DNA of 64,000 bases from Utricularia gibba (Eukaryota; Plantae; Magnoliophyta): contig NEEC01000025.1 in NCBI GenBank assembly GCA_002189035.1, forward strand, positions 62,001 to 126,000, given 5' to 3'. The notes beneath the pieces are model-generated. The model searched no databases. It was not told the origin of the DNA and was given only the letters and a program-made list of their open reading frames with translations. Both the position numbers and the translations under genes were made by a program. Below, one piece after another: positions 36,238-49,639 of the stretch (its first letter is position 1; every line of letters starts with the position of its first letter).

Positions 36238-38040
36238 ATGGCGTTGCATTTGAGATCCTCCAGAAAACTGCCGCTACTTTGCAAGACTAAACAGTGGAGT
36301 ATTTTCTTTTCCAGGAATGGCAGCGATGGAGATGGAGAAGGGACCGTCTTCGGACTACGAGGAGTTCAAGGAAAGCAAGCTTATGGTAGCCGTTTGTCCC
36401 TGCGTTTTCTGTTTTGTTCTTCTGCTCGTAGTAACCTCGGCTGTGCTGACAATCAAGTTCCGTCTCTATTGTCACACTCCTTTTCACTATGCACTATTCG
36501 GGAAGGCCTGCCGTTAATTCGGCCCCCGTTCTGGGCGTCGAAATGCAGGCCATTTTGCAACGATTTGGCTTCGATGAGCTCCGATTCAGAGGATGAAACT
36601 GATGAGCCATGCGTAGTTGATGGTGTCAAATCTGAGATTGATCAGAGGGAAGTGGAGCGTGTTTGTAATGTGATTGATGAAACATTTGCTGTGGATAGGA
36701 ACATGGAAGCTGTTTTGGACGAAATTAGGGTTAATTTGAGCCGTGAGTTGGTAGTAGCGGTTTTGGAGAGATACAAACAGGCTCGAAAACCAGCGTTTCG
36801 GTTCTTTTCCTGGGCATCCTCAAGGCCCGGCTTTGATCACGATGCACTAACTTACAACGCATTGATGAGTATTCTTGGCAAGGCACGGCAATTTGAAACA
36901 ATGCTATCACTTCTAGGAGAAATGGGTGATAAGGGATTGCTCACAATCGAAACTTTTACTATCTGCATTAGAGTTTTTGCTGCAGCAAAGGAAAGGAGAA
37001 AGGCTGTTGGGATGATTGATATTATGAGGAAGTATAATTTCAAAGTTGACGTGGAGATCATCAATTGTTTGCTCGAAGCACTGGGTAGGGCGAAGCTTGC
37101 AAAAGAAGCTCATGTGTTGTTTGAGAAGTTGGAGGAAAAGTTTTCACCCAATTTAAGGACGTATACTGTTTTGCTATCCGCATGGTGTAGAGTAAAGAAC
37201 TTGATGGAAGCTGGAAAGATTTGGAATGAGATGATTGATAGCGGTTTCATGCCTGATATCGTTGCCCACAACGTGATGCTTGAAGGGTTGATTAGGGGCA
37301 AAAAACGATCTGATGCAGTTAAGTTGTTTGAGATCATGAGGTCCAAAGGTCCACATCCTAATGTGAGGAGCTACACAGTCATAGTTTTGGATCTTTGCAA
37401 GCGGCGTCTCATGGATGAAGCTGTAACCTACTTCGATGAAATGGTCAGTTGTGGATTCAAGCCAGATGCTGCCATCTACACATGTTTGATGACAGGGTTT
37501 GGGAATCGAAACCAGATGGATGCAGTGTATAACATACTAGAAGAGATGAAGGTAGGGGGATGCCCACCAGATGGAAAAACATACAACACCTTGATCAAAA
37601 TGATGACGAGTCGAAAGAAACTCGACGATGCCGTTAGGATATACCACAAAATGATAAGAAGTGGCATACATCCTTCCTTGCATACATACCATATGATGAT
37701 GAAAGCATACTTTGTGGCTAAGGACTATGACATGGGGTTTGCTGTTTGGGAGGAGATGAAGAGGAAGGGCTGTTGCCCTGATGAAAACACATACACGATC
37801 ATGATCGGAAGCGTTATAAGGCTGGGCCGGTGGATGGAGGCATGCCAGTATCTGGAGGAGATGACCGACAAAGGAATGAGGGCACCTAGACTTGATTATA
37901 GCAAGTTCAGAGCTGATTTTTCTCGGCTGGGTAAACCAAGCACTCTAGAGCGCTTGATGGAGAAGATGAGATACAATGGAAACCATGAAGTGGCTGATGT
38001 TTTGTCAAGATGGTTGAATCATCGGACCAGGACAAGCTAA
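36238..38040 (+). CDS. P-class pentatricopeptide repeat protein, probably mitochondrial, intronless CDS
   Basis: 600-aa ORF with tandem PPR motifs (TYNALMSILGK, TYTVLLSAWC, AHNVMLEGL, SYTVIVLDLCK, IYTCLMTGFG) and EVERVCNVIDETFAVDRNMEAVLD. Confidence 0.93.
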   Translation: MALHLRSSRKLPLLCKTKQWSIFFSRNGSDGDGEGTVFGLRGVQGKQAYGSRLSLRFLFCSSARSNLGCADNQVPSLLSHSFSLCTIREGLPLIRPPFWASKCRPFCNDLASMSSDSEDETDEPCVVDGVKSEIDQREVERVCNVIDETFAVDRNMEAVLDEIRVNLSRELVVAVLERYKQARKPAFRFFSWASSRPGFDHDALTYNALMSILGKARQFETMLSLLGEMGDKGLLTIETFTICIRVFAAAKERRKAVGMIDIMRKYNFKVDVEIINCLLEALGRAKLAKEAHVLFEKLEEKFSPNLRTYTVLLSAWCRVKNLMEAGKIWNEMIDSGFMPDIVAHNVMLEGLIRGKKRSDAVKLFEIMRSKGPHPNVRSYTVIVLDLCKRRLMDEAVTYFDEMVSCGFKPDAAIYTCLMTGFGNRNQMDAVYNILEEMKVGGCPPDGKTYNTLIKMMTSRKKLDDAVRIYHKMIRSGIHPSLHTYHMMMKAYFVAKDYDMGFAVWEEMKRKGCCPDENTYTIMIGSVIRLGRWMEACQYLEEMTDKGMRAPRLDYSKFRADFSRLGKPSTLERLMEKMRYNGNHEVADVLSRWLNHRTRTS

Positions 38041-39221
38041 TCCACTTGCAGGCTGCAGCTGCGCTTTGCAATAACCATTTGTTGTGTACCTGAAGACAAG
38101 CTTTCTCTGTGTGAGTTGGACATACTTTCCAAAAGGAACAGCTCTATACCAAATTGCTCACAGGGATTCCTAAAACTGCCAGGTGCTATACATCCCATCT
38201 TCAAAATTTTATAACCACATCTCAAGGTAATTGATACATCCTCATGATGACACTGGAAAAATCTTTCCATTCATGTTTCAGTCATATTCTCCTCAGTGTC
38301 TTGGTTCTGTAGTACATTTAAATTCAATGTAAATAATTTTTCTTATTTATGTGTTTATTGCTTTATATTGACTAAGTTAAATGTAGTACATGTTTCTTTA
38401 ATCTTCATCAAACGGTTGTTGAAACAGAAGAAAGACTGTAATATGAGGTCTCACCCTCAATGTTTCTCCACTTTCATGGTGTCTCGTCTTTCCCTTTCGT
38501 TCTTACCAGTGCAGTGAAATGATCATATGGTGAATGAATGGAGTTGTTATCCATGGTGCTGATACCTCATGTGCTTGTTCCTTCTTGTTTTTTCTGTGGA
38601 TGAAGATGGCGCAAAAAGCTATCGGCCAGGAACTTTCCATGACAATTCATACAACTATGCAGGTGTATTAGCATCATCTATTAAATGAAGCTGATGTTGA
38701 TCACTTCTCAAAGACTCATTCGGCAAGAATCTGAACATGTATTATCATCGTTTGGAGGAAGCTAAGTTTTTGCGTAACTGCAGGTGACTTCAAGATTATT
38801 TCTCGACATTCGCACACCTGAGACAGACTTGCTCAAATTGCACATTCCCAATGTAGGTGAAGAACAGTAGCTGCACTTGGTATAACCATCCAGTGAACAG
38901 AAAAACAGGAGCCATCTGATGATGTTAACTCTGGTTGGTTTCAAGAATCAATGAGGAGAGGAGATGGATACTGATGGATTGGGGCTGGATGATCCAACCC
39001 ATGGAGAATGGAGAATGGTGTCGTAAACGAAAAGGGAGCTGTTTCTTTAGGATTTTCAGTGAAAAAACCTGGTAAACTTCCCGAGTTTAGTTGTGGTACT
39101 CAACAATGGAAGCACCTGGTTACAAGTGAAGGCAGTGTATTGAGTAGCTATCAAAGTATTGTAACGACCTTTGCTAAAACAACGAAAAATCTTATCACGA
39201 GGTCACCAAACCGCTACCTAT

Positions 39222-39244
39222 CACACACACACACACACACACAC
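39222..39244. repeat. (CA)n microsatellite
   Basis: cacacacacacacacacacacac read directly. Confidence 0.85.
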
Positions 39245-39499
39245 AAAAAGCAGTGCAGTTTCCTGCTTAAACGTCCCAAGCCTTGAGCTTTTCTTACTAC
39301 ATTCATAGTCATGCTTCACACCTCTAAATACATCATGGTTTGCATTTCTTAGTGGCGAGAAAAATGAATTATATTGACACAGAAAAATCATATTTACATA
39401 GTTCGAAATTTCTAGGGATTCTAAGTACTTATCGATCTGTCCAATAAAACTGCTCATATAGGCACCCAAGAAGAGAAATAGATGGAAGATAGCAAACCG

Positions 39500-42400
39500 T
39501 TATAGAGATGTGAAGATTTCGCTGAACCAAACTTCCAGGTGCTTAATCTTTCTCAGGACTTCGGGATTTTTTTGAAAATATGATTCAGCATTTGACATCA
39601 TGACCTCAAAATCATGCTTCAGTGCTGTCAGACTTCTGTAATAATCATTTTCTAACCTTGTTTTGATCACATCGGGAGATAAAGGTACAGGGAACCTGCA
39701 ACAGATAAGCATTGAAGAATAAGATTGTACACATGAAATAAAAAATAATTTTCTTACCTGTTCACGAAGTCCATCTTTAGCGAAGCTTCGTTCAATTTTA
39801 TGATACCATAGCTATCCTGTTGAATAAATGAAAATTTAAAGCTTCCAAAGATGTCCCATTTCTCATATAACCATGATGAATTATTACAAGAAAAAAAGGG
39901 AAGAACCTTATTCTTGTGACCCCTTCGATATAATTCATTAAAAGAACTCAGGATAATGCCTTTTGTTTTGAAATCAATGGTAGGCTGCTCCCATTGTCCC
40001 TCTGAACCATGCAACTCCCAGGGGCAGTGAGGATGGATTTCAGCATCAGTCTCATATTGAACAAGATAACGCTCCCATGGACTTCCTGGAATTTTATCAT
40101 CTTTATCTTTGATATTCATAATCTGACCTTCCCACCAAGCACCACCTTGTTCATTATTATCTCGCCACCACACAAGACATTTTTCCCCAACTGACCAATT
40201 TCTCCCCATGGTAGCATCATACCACATCTTTTCCACAATAAAATCAGGGAAGTCATCCAGTTCAGGGAGTGTCAATTGAATTTTTTTTCCATAAGCATTA
40301 CATGTAGGATCAATGAGCTTTAGAGTCATTTGGCAACAGCTCTCTCCAGAACCAGTGTGAGATGCATACTCAAGGTCATCAACCAAACAAACTTCAACAG
40401 CTCTAAGGCTATCTCCATACGACAGCCCACTCTCATGTTGGATTGGTTGACTCCTAATAATAAAATCCTTATGTCCCTGAATACATTTTGAAGGTAAGAT
40501 GAGGTATAACATATACAAAAAAGCATTTAGCAAAATTAAGCTACCTGTTTAAGATACACGACCTCATCACCTAGCTGTGGGATGTAACGATATCCGCCTT
40601 CCTGCCCAGTCAGCAACAGCCAATTTGATTTTTTTGGCATGGTATGCTTGCTTGTTTCAACAAAATAACTGTTTTGGCGGCATTTATGTTCTCCTCTGTT
40701 GGATCCTTCTGAAGGAAAATAGTCATCATCTCTTACAGGCATATTCTCTCTATCAATGCATGTATTGAATTTTAGGGAGTCATCTCGGCTGCCCAATTTA
40801 CTGTTAGCAAAACCAGAATCCTGTCTTGCAACCTCGGTCTTGTACAATGTGGCCCTATCAGCTGAATCATTAGCTGTCTCAAGCCATTCAAAACTTTTTC
40901 TATTCAATGAAACTGCTGGAGACTCCACAGCTGTATGATGATTTTTGAAGCCAACCGCACCACATGAAGAGTCTGAGCCTGAAACTGTCTGGGGCTTAAC
41001 CTGGGAGGTAATATCCCCTGAAAATTTTGTTGATCTTATCTTTATGACATTTCGCTTCTTTTGTACACTGTTTGGCATTTGAGACAAGTGCTTATCTGCA
41101 ATATGTAGCATATTGGTTCGATCAAGATTAGATGGTGAACCTTCTAGCGTATCACAGTTGTGAGTTTTGGTTATGGCAGAACCATCATCCCTCAACTGTT
41201 TCTCTGAAGTTTTAGCCGTAGATTCAACTGGGGCACCAGCTCCTGAGATGGAGCTATTTGGCATACGTATTTTCATCTTTTCCCACCTTACAACGGCAGC
41301 AGAACTTGTAGATGCAATGCACTTCTTTTCATCTAGAAGTGTTCTTTCCTCATCTTCAAACTGCCTCCTACAGTTTGCACGGGGTTCCTTTTCATGCATG
41401 TTAGCAGAAGATGAATCTACATTCCTTGATCCAGAATCAACTTTTTTCTGCACACGGTTATCTTCAAAAAACCTCAAAGATGAAGATGGCTGAGTAGCCT
41501 GATACTTAACTTGGTCCACATGGTTCTCTGAAGACATTGTAGCTGATTTTTGGTTAAGAGAAATTTTGAACACCAATCTCTTTTGATTTCCACCACTGAT
41601 CTGATGACGAGGTTGCGTGGGAGAGTTTTTGAAGTCTTCACCTCCATTGGTTGAATCTGTAACAGTACCAGAATTTTGTTTATCGACCAGGCATTCACTT
41701 TTCTCTTCGCTCTGAAATAATGAATCTTCTGAGAATAGATCGCTATCTGACTCACTCAGCGAGAATTCATCATCTTCTTCATCAAGAGAGGTTTCTGCAC
41801 TATTTGAAAAGCTGCTGACAGCAATTCGTGACGCAGCTCTCCGGGATCTCAATGACTTCACCTTTGAAGGCTGTGTCTCAGAGGAACTCCGATAAAATTT
41901 AGACTTTGTAGATGTTCTAACCCTTGGTGAAGCTCTTTCTTTATCATCCTTATTTCTCAACTCAACCTGAGATAAACCAAAAAAATAAAAAAGTCTCTTA
42001 GCAGATGTGAATCTCGTGAAATGATATATGAAATTTAAGCTTACTTCTCGTGCATATTTCCTTCGCTTTGATCTTCGATTATAGTCTTTTTGGCTTTGGT
42101 TATCATTATCTTCCTCATCACATTCTGAGCCACTCGTGTTGTCACTGCACTTATTTCGTTCTTCACTGAAAATTTCCTCGTTGGCATTGTACTCTGAATC
42201 ATTGTCATCATTAATGCCATCATTTTCCGGTTCCCAGTAAATTGCATCACCATAATCTGGCAGCGGCTCAACTGTGTCTAGATCAGGCAGCGGTAATATT
42301 GGAATATCCTGGCCCATTCCAATAGCAAATTTTATGGAAGATGGGCGCCATTCAATTCCCAATGCACCAAGTCTACGACGCTGATACATACTCTGATAAG

Positions 42401-45400
42401 GTTCAGGGTAAGGAAGCATACCTGCAATTTTAACGGCATAGCACATGATAATTAAACACCAACAATATCACCTTCCAAGAGAACATCATTGCAGGAATGA
42501 GAAACAAGAAAAATGCAGATTAACGGGTACAGATATTGACATACTTGAATCACATAATGTATCCTGGATATTCCTCAAATATGGTGGCAATTGCGTCTCC
42601 TGCTTCAACATAACATATAATACGATTGAAAAAAAGATTCAAGGAAGAGAGCATATAAAATGATCTTTCTTGAATATCAACATCCTGTTTTCCTAACTAA
42701 TTTCACAAGAACGTGAAGATATTTATTAACTAGACTAGGAGATTTATAATCTCTCTTTCTTTACCAGCCAGCTATAATAATTTACACTCATGTTGAGAAG
42801 CAATGATAGCCTCACGGAAAATTACAATAACGTTTGTGCCTGATTAATTATTGGCATACAAGGACAAGGAGCTGTAACAAGAGCAATTAAGTTATGACAT
42901 CATATGCCCTTGACAAAAAGAACGATGAAAATGATGAAACAAGGTGTGGTGTCCTTCTATGTGAGTGACGAAAAAAGGTGAGGAAAGAGTCACCTGATCA
43001 ACAACATTTCCATGAGTATCCTGTGTAAGAGGGCGATAATCCCCAAGGAAAAACTGTTTGATGTATGGAATTAGTTTCTTGATTCTTAAACAATTAAGCC
43101 AACAGAATGCACTCCTGTCTACCTGGTCATATTGCGCATCCTTGTAAGCTTCCCCTTCTCCAGTGTTTATAAGATAGATTTGGCCTAAATCATCTGAAAG
43201 TACAATTGATGTTCCATCCCTGAACAAATGAAGACAGGGTTATGAGGAGAAAAGAGCTTTAAATTTCCCACCAAAAAGCACATGAAATAAGAGCCCATGG
43301 GTACGCGTTTTAGAAGGAAAAATGAGTATGCTTTTACAATATGTAAGAAGTCTGTGTAGAATGACTAACTGAGAGAACTTGCCATCGACCAACTTAAGGC
43401 ATCCACCTAAATCATAGACTTTAACTGGAGTACCCTCCCATATCTACGAACAAATCATAAGGACAACATAAGTATACACTGAAAAAATAAAGAAAAAAAA
43501 AATCAAGATCCCTGGGAATCAAAGGACATCAAAAAACTTACATCCCACAAAATTGTTTTCCCATCATAACCAGCACTCAAGGCTATTCTTGGGTTAAAAG
43601 GATGCACATCCAGAACATATGTCTGTCCATTAAGAAGAAATTATGCGCACGTAATTATGCATATTAACTTCCCCATCAAAATTACAAAACCATATTAAAA
43701 AAAAAAGATGAGCACAAGTAATTATGTATCTTCCATGGTATTAATCATGTAAGTAACCATTTTGTCTCAACTACAGCTTCAGAGGTAACCAAAGTCAGAC
43801 TTTGAAGAACGAATGAAGAAATTCTGCATACTTCTCAAGTTACGCATCCTCAAAGCTAGATAAACTGTGAAGAGAATGGTTAAGAGGCCTGAGAGTTCTT
43901 ACAGAAGCACTATGACCAGCCAAGGAGTGAACTAAACTGCCATCAACAGCATTCCAAACACATATTCTATTATCTGCAAATATATCATAACCACAAACGA
44001 ATCCAGTATAAAAAACCAATTCGAATCAGTCAACACAAGGAGGATTAATTAATTTTTCAAGAAAAAAATGCAGAGCAACGAAAGAATCAACAGAAAGACA
44101 AAACCATCATGAATAATTATATTTTATTTGGCTCAGAGGAAGAACAACTTTCATGGTGAACAAAGAAAGAACACTCCCAACCATAGCAAAGGGGAAAAAA
44201 ATCACAAGTAAAAAGCTAAATTTGCAGCAGGAATATCTGTAGACATGATGTAAGCATCAGGGAACGGTCCTTGTTCACAGCTTACTGGAAGATTTTAGAT
44301 GTGCAATAATCAACACTATCTTCATGCAATCAATAAAAATGAGATGAACCAGAAAAATGAAACTGAGTTTGAACAATGAGTACCCATGATAGCAGCAAGC
44401 ACAAAACGGTTATCCAGGCTCCAAACAATCATATTCACACCACGTGGAGTGGGAAGGAATCTTCGACGAGGACCTCCTTGGGTAGGTCTTGGAGGCATTG
44501 GTGGAGGAGGGACTTTAAGATGATACGATCGAACCCAACGCCCAACCTTTCCCTAAAAGAGAAAAGGCACATACTGACTTTTAAAATTCCTCAAAAGTGG
44601 AAGATTATCTTCAAGGTTTGAGAAGAACTAACATGAGATTTCCGTAGTTTAGGCACCCAAATTATTGCACTTCCATCGCGTGAGCAAGTTACAATACTGT
44701 CATGATTGAACCTGATATTATGATGTTCATAAGGATGCATTCTCTTGCGAAAAAAAAAAAATACTACGCAATATTTTAAACAGGAAGAAGGCAAATCAGA
44801 ATCAATAGCACACCAGGAGTTCTTAAACTTTGGAACACCATCCTCATTATAACAATCTGATGGAAAAGAGCATAAAGCCACTGCACAACCACTGTAAATG
44901 AAAATGGTGGTAAGACAATGAAATGTTGTGGTTTAAAGAGATGGCTTGCATACCTGAATTGGACATAGTTGACATCGTTCTCATGCCCAGCAAGTATATC
45001 CATTTCATGAATCGGTTTATCAGGTTCATGCATGCTTGGTTTACAAGCATTCCAAACCTGGTAACACAAGTGCTTAAGAAGTCTATCTGGATGAGCTTAT
45101 ACTCTTTCTATCATTAAAATGTAATATGGACAAGGAAACAAATTAAACAAGTTAATGCATATTATGTTAACCATAGTGGCGTTTTCATAACTAAAATATA
45201 GATCAGGAAACCCTTTCAGAGGGCACTCACTAGAAATACTGTTGTCACTTGTGAGCAGAAAAGATAATTCATGCATTTAAAAGAAGAATCAAGGAAAATT
45301 GACAAGTCTAGCAAACAAGTTTCATTTTCTGATTTTCATGATATCCCTTTATGCAGGACTTTCAACAAGAAATCATTACTCCATTCACATGTGTATGATA

Positions 45401-48107
45401 CAACACACAGTGGTAAGTCGCATATGCAGAAATGCTGTCATACCCTTGCAAATGTATCAGAACTACCAGTCACAAAGGCAGTCCCATTAGCATTGTATGC
45501 ACAAAAAAGTATTTGATGACTTGGAAGAGTAGCATTAGATGGTGCACTTGCTGACAGGAAACTACTGGCTGTTGGGAAACTACTGGCTGTTGCTGCACCA
45601 ACAATAAGCGTACATAATATGCATAGAGAACACCAATATGCAACAGCAAACCGAAGTGCAATCTAACCAGTAGCAGCACCACTGGGTTTGGGCATGTAAA
45701 CCCGAGGATGTGAGTCAGAGTATCTAGCATCCCATATCCGGCACGTTCCATCATCAGATGACCTTTTAAGGCAAAATAGTATATAATTCGATGAAGTTAA
45801 AAAAATATATAGCCAGCCTTCAATACAGGAAACAGAAATTTCACGCTCATCTAAATGCAAAACAATCTGAAAATTCCTTACAACTGAGGAGTAACTTCCA
45901 TGTATCTTAAGAACTAAACATCACTCCATAGAAATCCCAATGTCTGAAGTGAGTCTAGTTGGGGGACTCACGATAAAAGCTGATAAAAAGAAGTTGGCCT
46001 GGAACTGGGACTGAAAGCAATGGCAGTAACAGCTCCAGCATGCCCACGAAGAACTGAAATTGGGTAACCATCTGGAAGGCGCCACTGAAATGGCATTGCA
46101 TAAATGTTAGGAAGAGTCAAAGAATTGTGCTTGCCAATTTTTATGAAAAAGTTATCTTACAACACGAATAGTGAAGTCATTTGATGCAGAAGCTACCACA
46201 GCATTGTTGGAACTGACAGACAAGTCTGTGATGTCCCCCTTGGCATCAAGGACAGAAAGAATCTCAAAATTAGAATACATACATAATAATTTGTTGTGCA
46301 TTCCATTGCATTTTACTTACTTCATGCCCACGACAGCTAGCTAGGCACAGTGCAGTTTCCATGGACCAAATTTTTACCAGACGATCATCTGAACCAGTAA
46401 TAACATGCTGACCAGTTCGATCGAAGATTGCTACATATTCAAAAATATCATTGTCATCATATAACACTTACACAGACTCAAGAAAACCAACAACAACAAA
46501 CATACAAGACAACCAACACACAACCCTGATGATGGATTCTGGCTTCATGCAGTTAAGACTGTAAAGAACTGGTTCTGAATACCAAATTATTGATAAATAT
46601 TTCGCATGAAAATGATCATTTAAAGTTTTATAGTATACGATAGTATATGACATCTACATCAATATCTAAAGAAAATATATAAAACTATAAACGCATATAA
46701 ACAGTGGACAACTTGTGGAATTCCACAAATTCTGAATAAAAAATAGCAATACCACAATACACAGCATCTCTATGTCCTCTCAACTTCTTCATATTTTGCA
46801 TCTTTAGCACCATGGATGATGGCTTAGCAATTGTATAACAAGGAAGTCGAATGGATGGAGCACGATGATATCTTGGAAAGCCACCTCCAATTTCTCTCAA
46901 GCTAAGCCCTCTAACCTGATCAGCGTGTTTATGAGGCCACTGGAGGTAGCAGTATTCCTTCCTCATCCCTTTATTTCCTTTATTTCTGTCATCTTCCCAG
47001 GTAAAAATAATGTTAGACTGTTATATAATACATCCTTTTCATTATATAAAAAAGAAGGAAAAAAAACGTGGAGAGCTGCACAAAAAGCATACTAATGGCT
47101 TAACAGATAAAGGCCGTGGATTATACTAGGCCCTATCACTGTAGCCCCAAATACTTACGGGTTCCAAACTATAGAAAACAGATAAATTACATATCATGGA
47201 AAATCCCTAGGAAATAGTGATGATCACCGTTTTTTGAACGACCATGTTTTTATCTATTTGCTCTTATAATTTTAAGGAATCATCCCGGATCACATGAGGT
47301 ATAAAACTGCTGGTCAACATGAAAAACACTAGTTTAACATGACATGTTAATGAATGAAAAATTTCAACTTGTGATATTGCCATACATGACAACAATGAAA
47401 AGGACCCTGATCCAAGAAGTGTAGGAACATCAGTAGCGCTTGGTACATTTTTCTCAGTTGAGTGAGTTGACCACTGTGATGGAGGAGACATCAATTCCAT
47501 TAGCTGTTTTAGCAGACAGACCAAGTGATCCCTTCGAATATGAGGATACCTTCAGAATTTAATGTTCTAAATATCAAAATACATAACAGTAGAATAGATG
47601 CAACGCTGTAAAATGAATAACTGAATTCAGATATTAGGAAAAGCAATTTCCTTTTCACATAAATTGTTAGCCATTAACCCCAATCCAGAAATATCCTCAT
47701 ATAACAATTCGAAAAGAAACCAGCAATGCTACAGAACACAAATTCGCTTACCTTCCAACCAAGTCATCATAATTAAGAGGTAAAGAGATCCCATCAGCAT
47801 TTTCTTCCCCGCAGTCAGCACCATTCCTTGAGTACCAAGCATGATATCTTCTAGGCAAAAGCTGATGTTCTTGAAGCTCTGTATACAGTTGTCTGAATGT
47901 TTTTTTGCAAGGTCCAGCAGAGAGAAAATGCATGATCAAGAAATATATTTCACGAAGGTCAAGATTTAAGTCGATGGCAGCATATTTATCTGCAGGTTCC
48001 ACACGGTCATGCAACTGGAGCTTCGTAGGAACCTTAGTTGCATAGTTTGCAGAGCCTATAGTCTCTGATGGTGGATCACCAGCAAATTTATTTTCACCAC
48101 GTCTCAT
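39500..48107 (-). CDS. Bromodomain and WD40-repeat protein (BRWD1/PHIP-like), more than 20 exons
   Basis: LREIYFLIMHFLSAGPC..LLPRRYHAWYSR; WD40 exons (ITGSDDRLVKIWS, SSDDGTCRIWDA, GHENDVNYVQFS, AGYDGKTILWD); YPEPYQSMYQRRRLGALGIEWRPSS; YIPQLGDEVVYLKQG; FPVPLSPDVIKTRLENDYYRS bromodomain tail. Confidence 0.93.
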
Positions 48108-49091
48108 GGTGAACTCGAATCCTACATGTAAAAAATCTCTCAGCAACAATCGGAGGAAATATACTGAAAAACGCAACATCATAAAAGAAGAAAATTAAAT
48201 GGATGGTATAATATGGTTACTGACATTTTGAAAGATAAAAAAATAGCATGGTGAGCTAGCTACGTTAAAAAAACGCCACCAAGATTACCATAAAGCGGCA
48301 AGTAAAACTCCCTTTAGTCTCAAAGCCATAAAATTACATGGTTTTGCCTGCAATGAGCAATACATGATCGACACTAACCACTCATGTGCTATTTATCCCT
48401 ACATGAGCCTAATTCTCAAGCTCAACACATCAACCAACACAGATACATCAAACAATGACCACAGACGCGCAATTTTCGCTTAAACGCTTCACATACAGGA
48501 AAAAACACATGAAAAACTTCAATACCTCTTCAATTCAAGCAGCGCAAATATGTAGAAACATCAACCCCTGCAATTAGCAAGCACGAAGCTGAGGTTTAGT
48601 AGTGGAAGCCCATGAGTGAAAAGTGAGGAAGGCAAATGGTAAATTGGTAATGGTCAGCGAGTGATTTGACGATTTTGTCGATGAAATGGAAACCCGGGCC
48701 AGTAGTCGGGTAAGGGTATACCTGTCCATTTATTGACGTATTAATGTGAGGGGAAACTGAAGATGGACATTGTAGGTACGAAATGACGCATTTACCATGA
48801 AATGAAACCCTGGCATCAATTCTTTCAGGGGTATACATGTCTATTCACTAAGAAAATGCGAGCGCTCTTTCAAGATTGGGCCCAGTAATGTTTGGGCCGA
48901 GAGCTACAACCAGAGATTTTTAAAGCCTCTTTTAACAACAATTCACAGCCCAATAAACAATTTTTTTATTTTAGATTTTGAAGAAACGATATGATTTGTA
49001 CGGAGAATGCAAAACATTTATGTACGGCGGAGAAAACAAGTGCTGATGACAACCGTGGATAAATACGTGACGGAGAAGCGTCGGACGGCGA

Positions 49092-49472
49092 TCAGTTATC
49101 GTAAGTGCGGCACTCACCCCTCTCCGGGTTGTCCTTGCAGAAATCCTCCAACGGATCTGATACCTTACTCCTCTGCCTCGCCTGCTCCGCCGCCGCGCTC
49201 AGTTCCTCCACCTCGTCCCACGCCGCCGCGCACTCTCCGCTCACCGGATTCTCCGCGCACGTCTCCTCCGCTTTCTTGATGCTCTCCTCCACTTTACCTG
49301 ACAGCTTATCCGGCGCCGCTCCCGCCACCACTCTCATACGCCCCCTCGCGGCGACGTCCATCCTCCACGGATTGTTCACCCGCCTAAAACCGACTACACG
49401 AGCATCTGAGGAGTTCGCCGCCGTGGCGATGACTCTCAAGGCCGCTGCGCTCACTCCGGTTACTGCCGCCAT
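49092..49472 (-). CDS. CP12: Calvin cycle protein CP12 (CP12-1/2 type), single exon
   Basis: Transit peptide, then C-x8-C (CAENPVSGEC), AWDEVEELS core and C-terminal DPLEDFCKDNPERGECRTYDN. Confidence 0.97.
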   Translation of the reverse strand: MAAVTGVSAAALRVIATAANSSDARVVGFRRVNNPWRMDVAARGRMRVVAGAAPDKLSGKVEESIKKAEETCAENPVSGECAAAWDEVEELSAAAEQARQRSKVSDPLEDFCKDNPERGECRTYDN

Positions 49473-49547
49473 CGTCGAATACCAATCGAGTTATCGTGGA
49501 TGCCAAGGATTTATATCATCGACGGGACGAAAGGCGATCACAATAAT

Positions 49548-49562
49548 CTTATCCGCCACGTG
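49548..49562 (-). promoter_or_regulatory. Adjacent I-box (GATAAG) and G-box (CACGTG) light-responsive module upstream of CP12
   Basis: Plus strand CTTATC at 49548-49553 and CACGTG at 49557-49562; TATA-like ATATAAA on the minus strand at about 49510-49516. Confidence 0.7.
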
Positions 49563-49639
49563 TAATTTATCAATTCTAAAAAATGATAATTTCTTTGGGA
49601 TAACAAAATAGACAAAATATCTGCTGAATAGCCTTCATG

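Noticed and set aside
38244-38330. ATGATGA resembling a snoRNA C box
   Set aside because: No D box (CTGA) or terminal stem at a suitable distance.
39008-39286. 92-aa plus-strand ORF between PPR and BRWD
   Set aside because: No recognisable domain; it runs into a (CA)n repeat and lies in converging 3'UTR space.
49105-49611. 168-aa plus-strand ORF opposite CP12 (also 2336-2893, 17017-17448, 29079-29555, 63537-63851)
   Set aside because: Antisense shadows of GC-rich coding sequence, with no recognisable motifs and mostly non-ATG starts.
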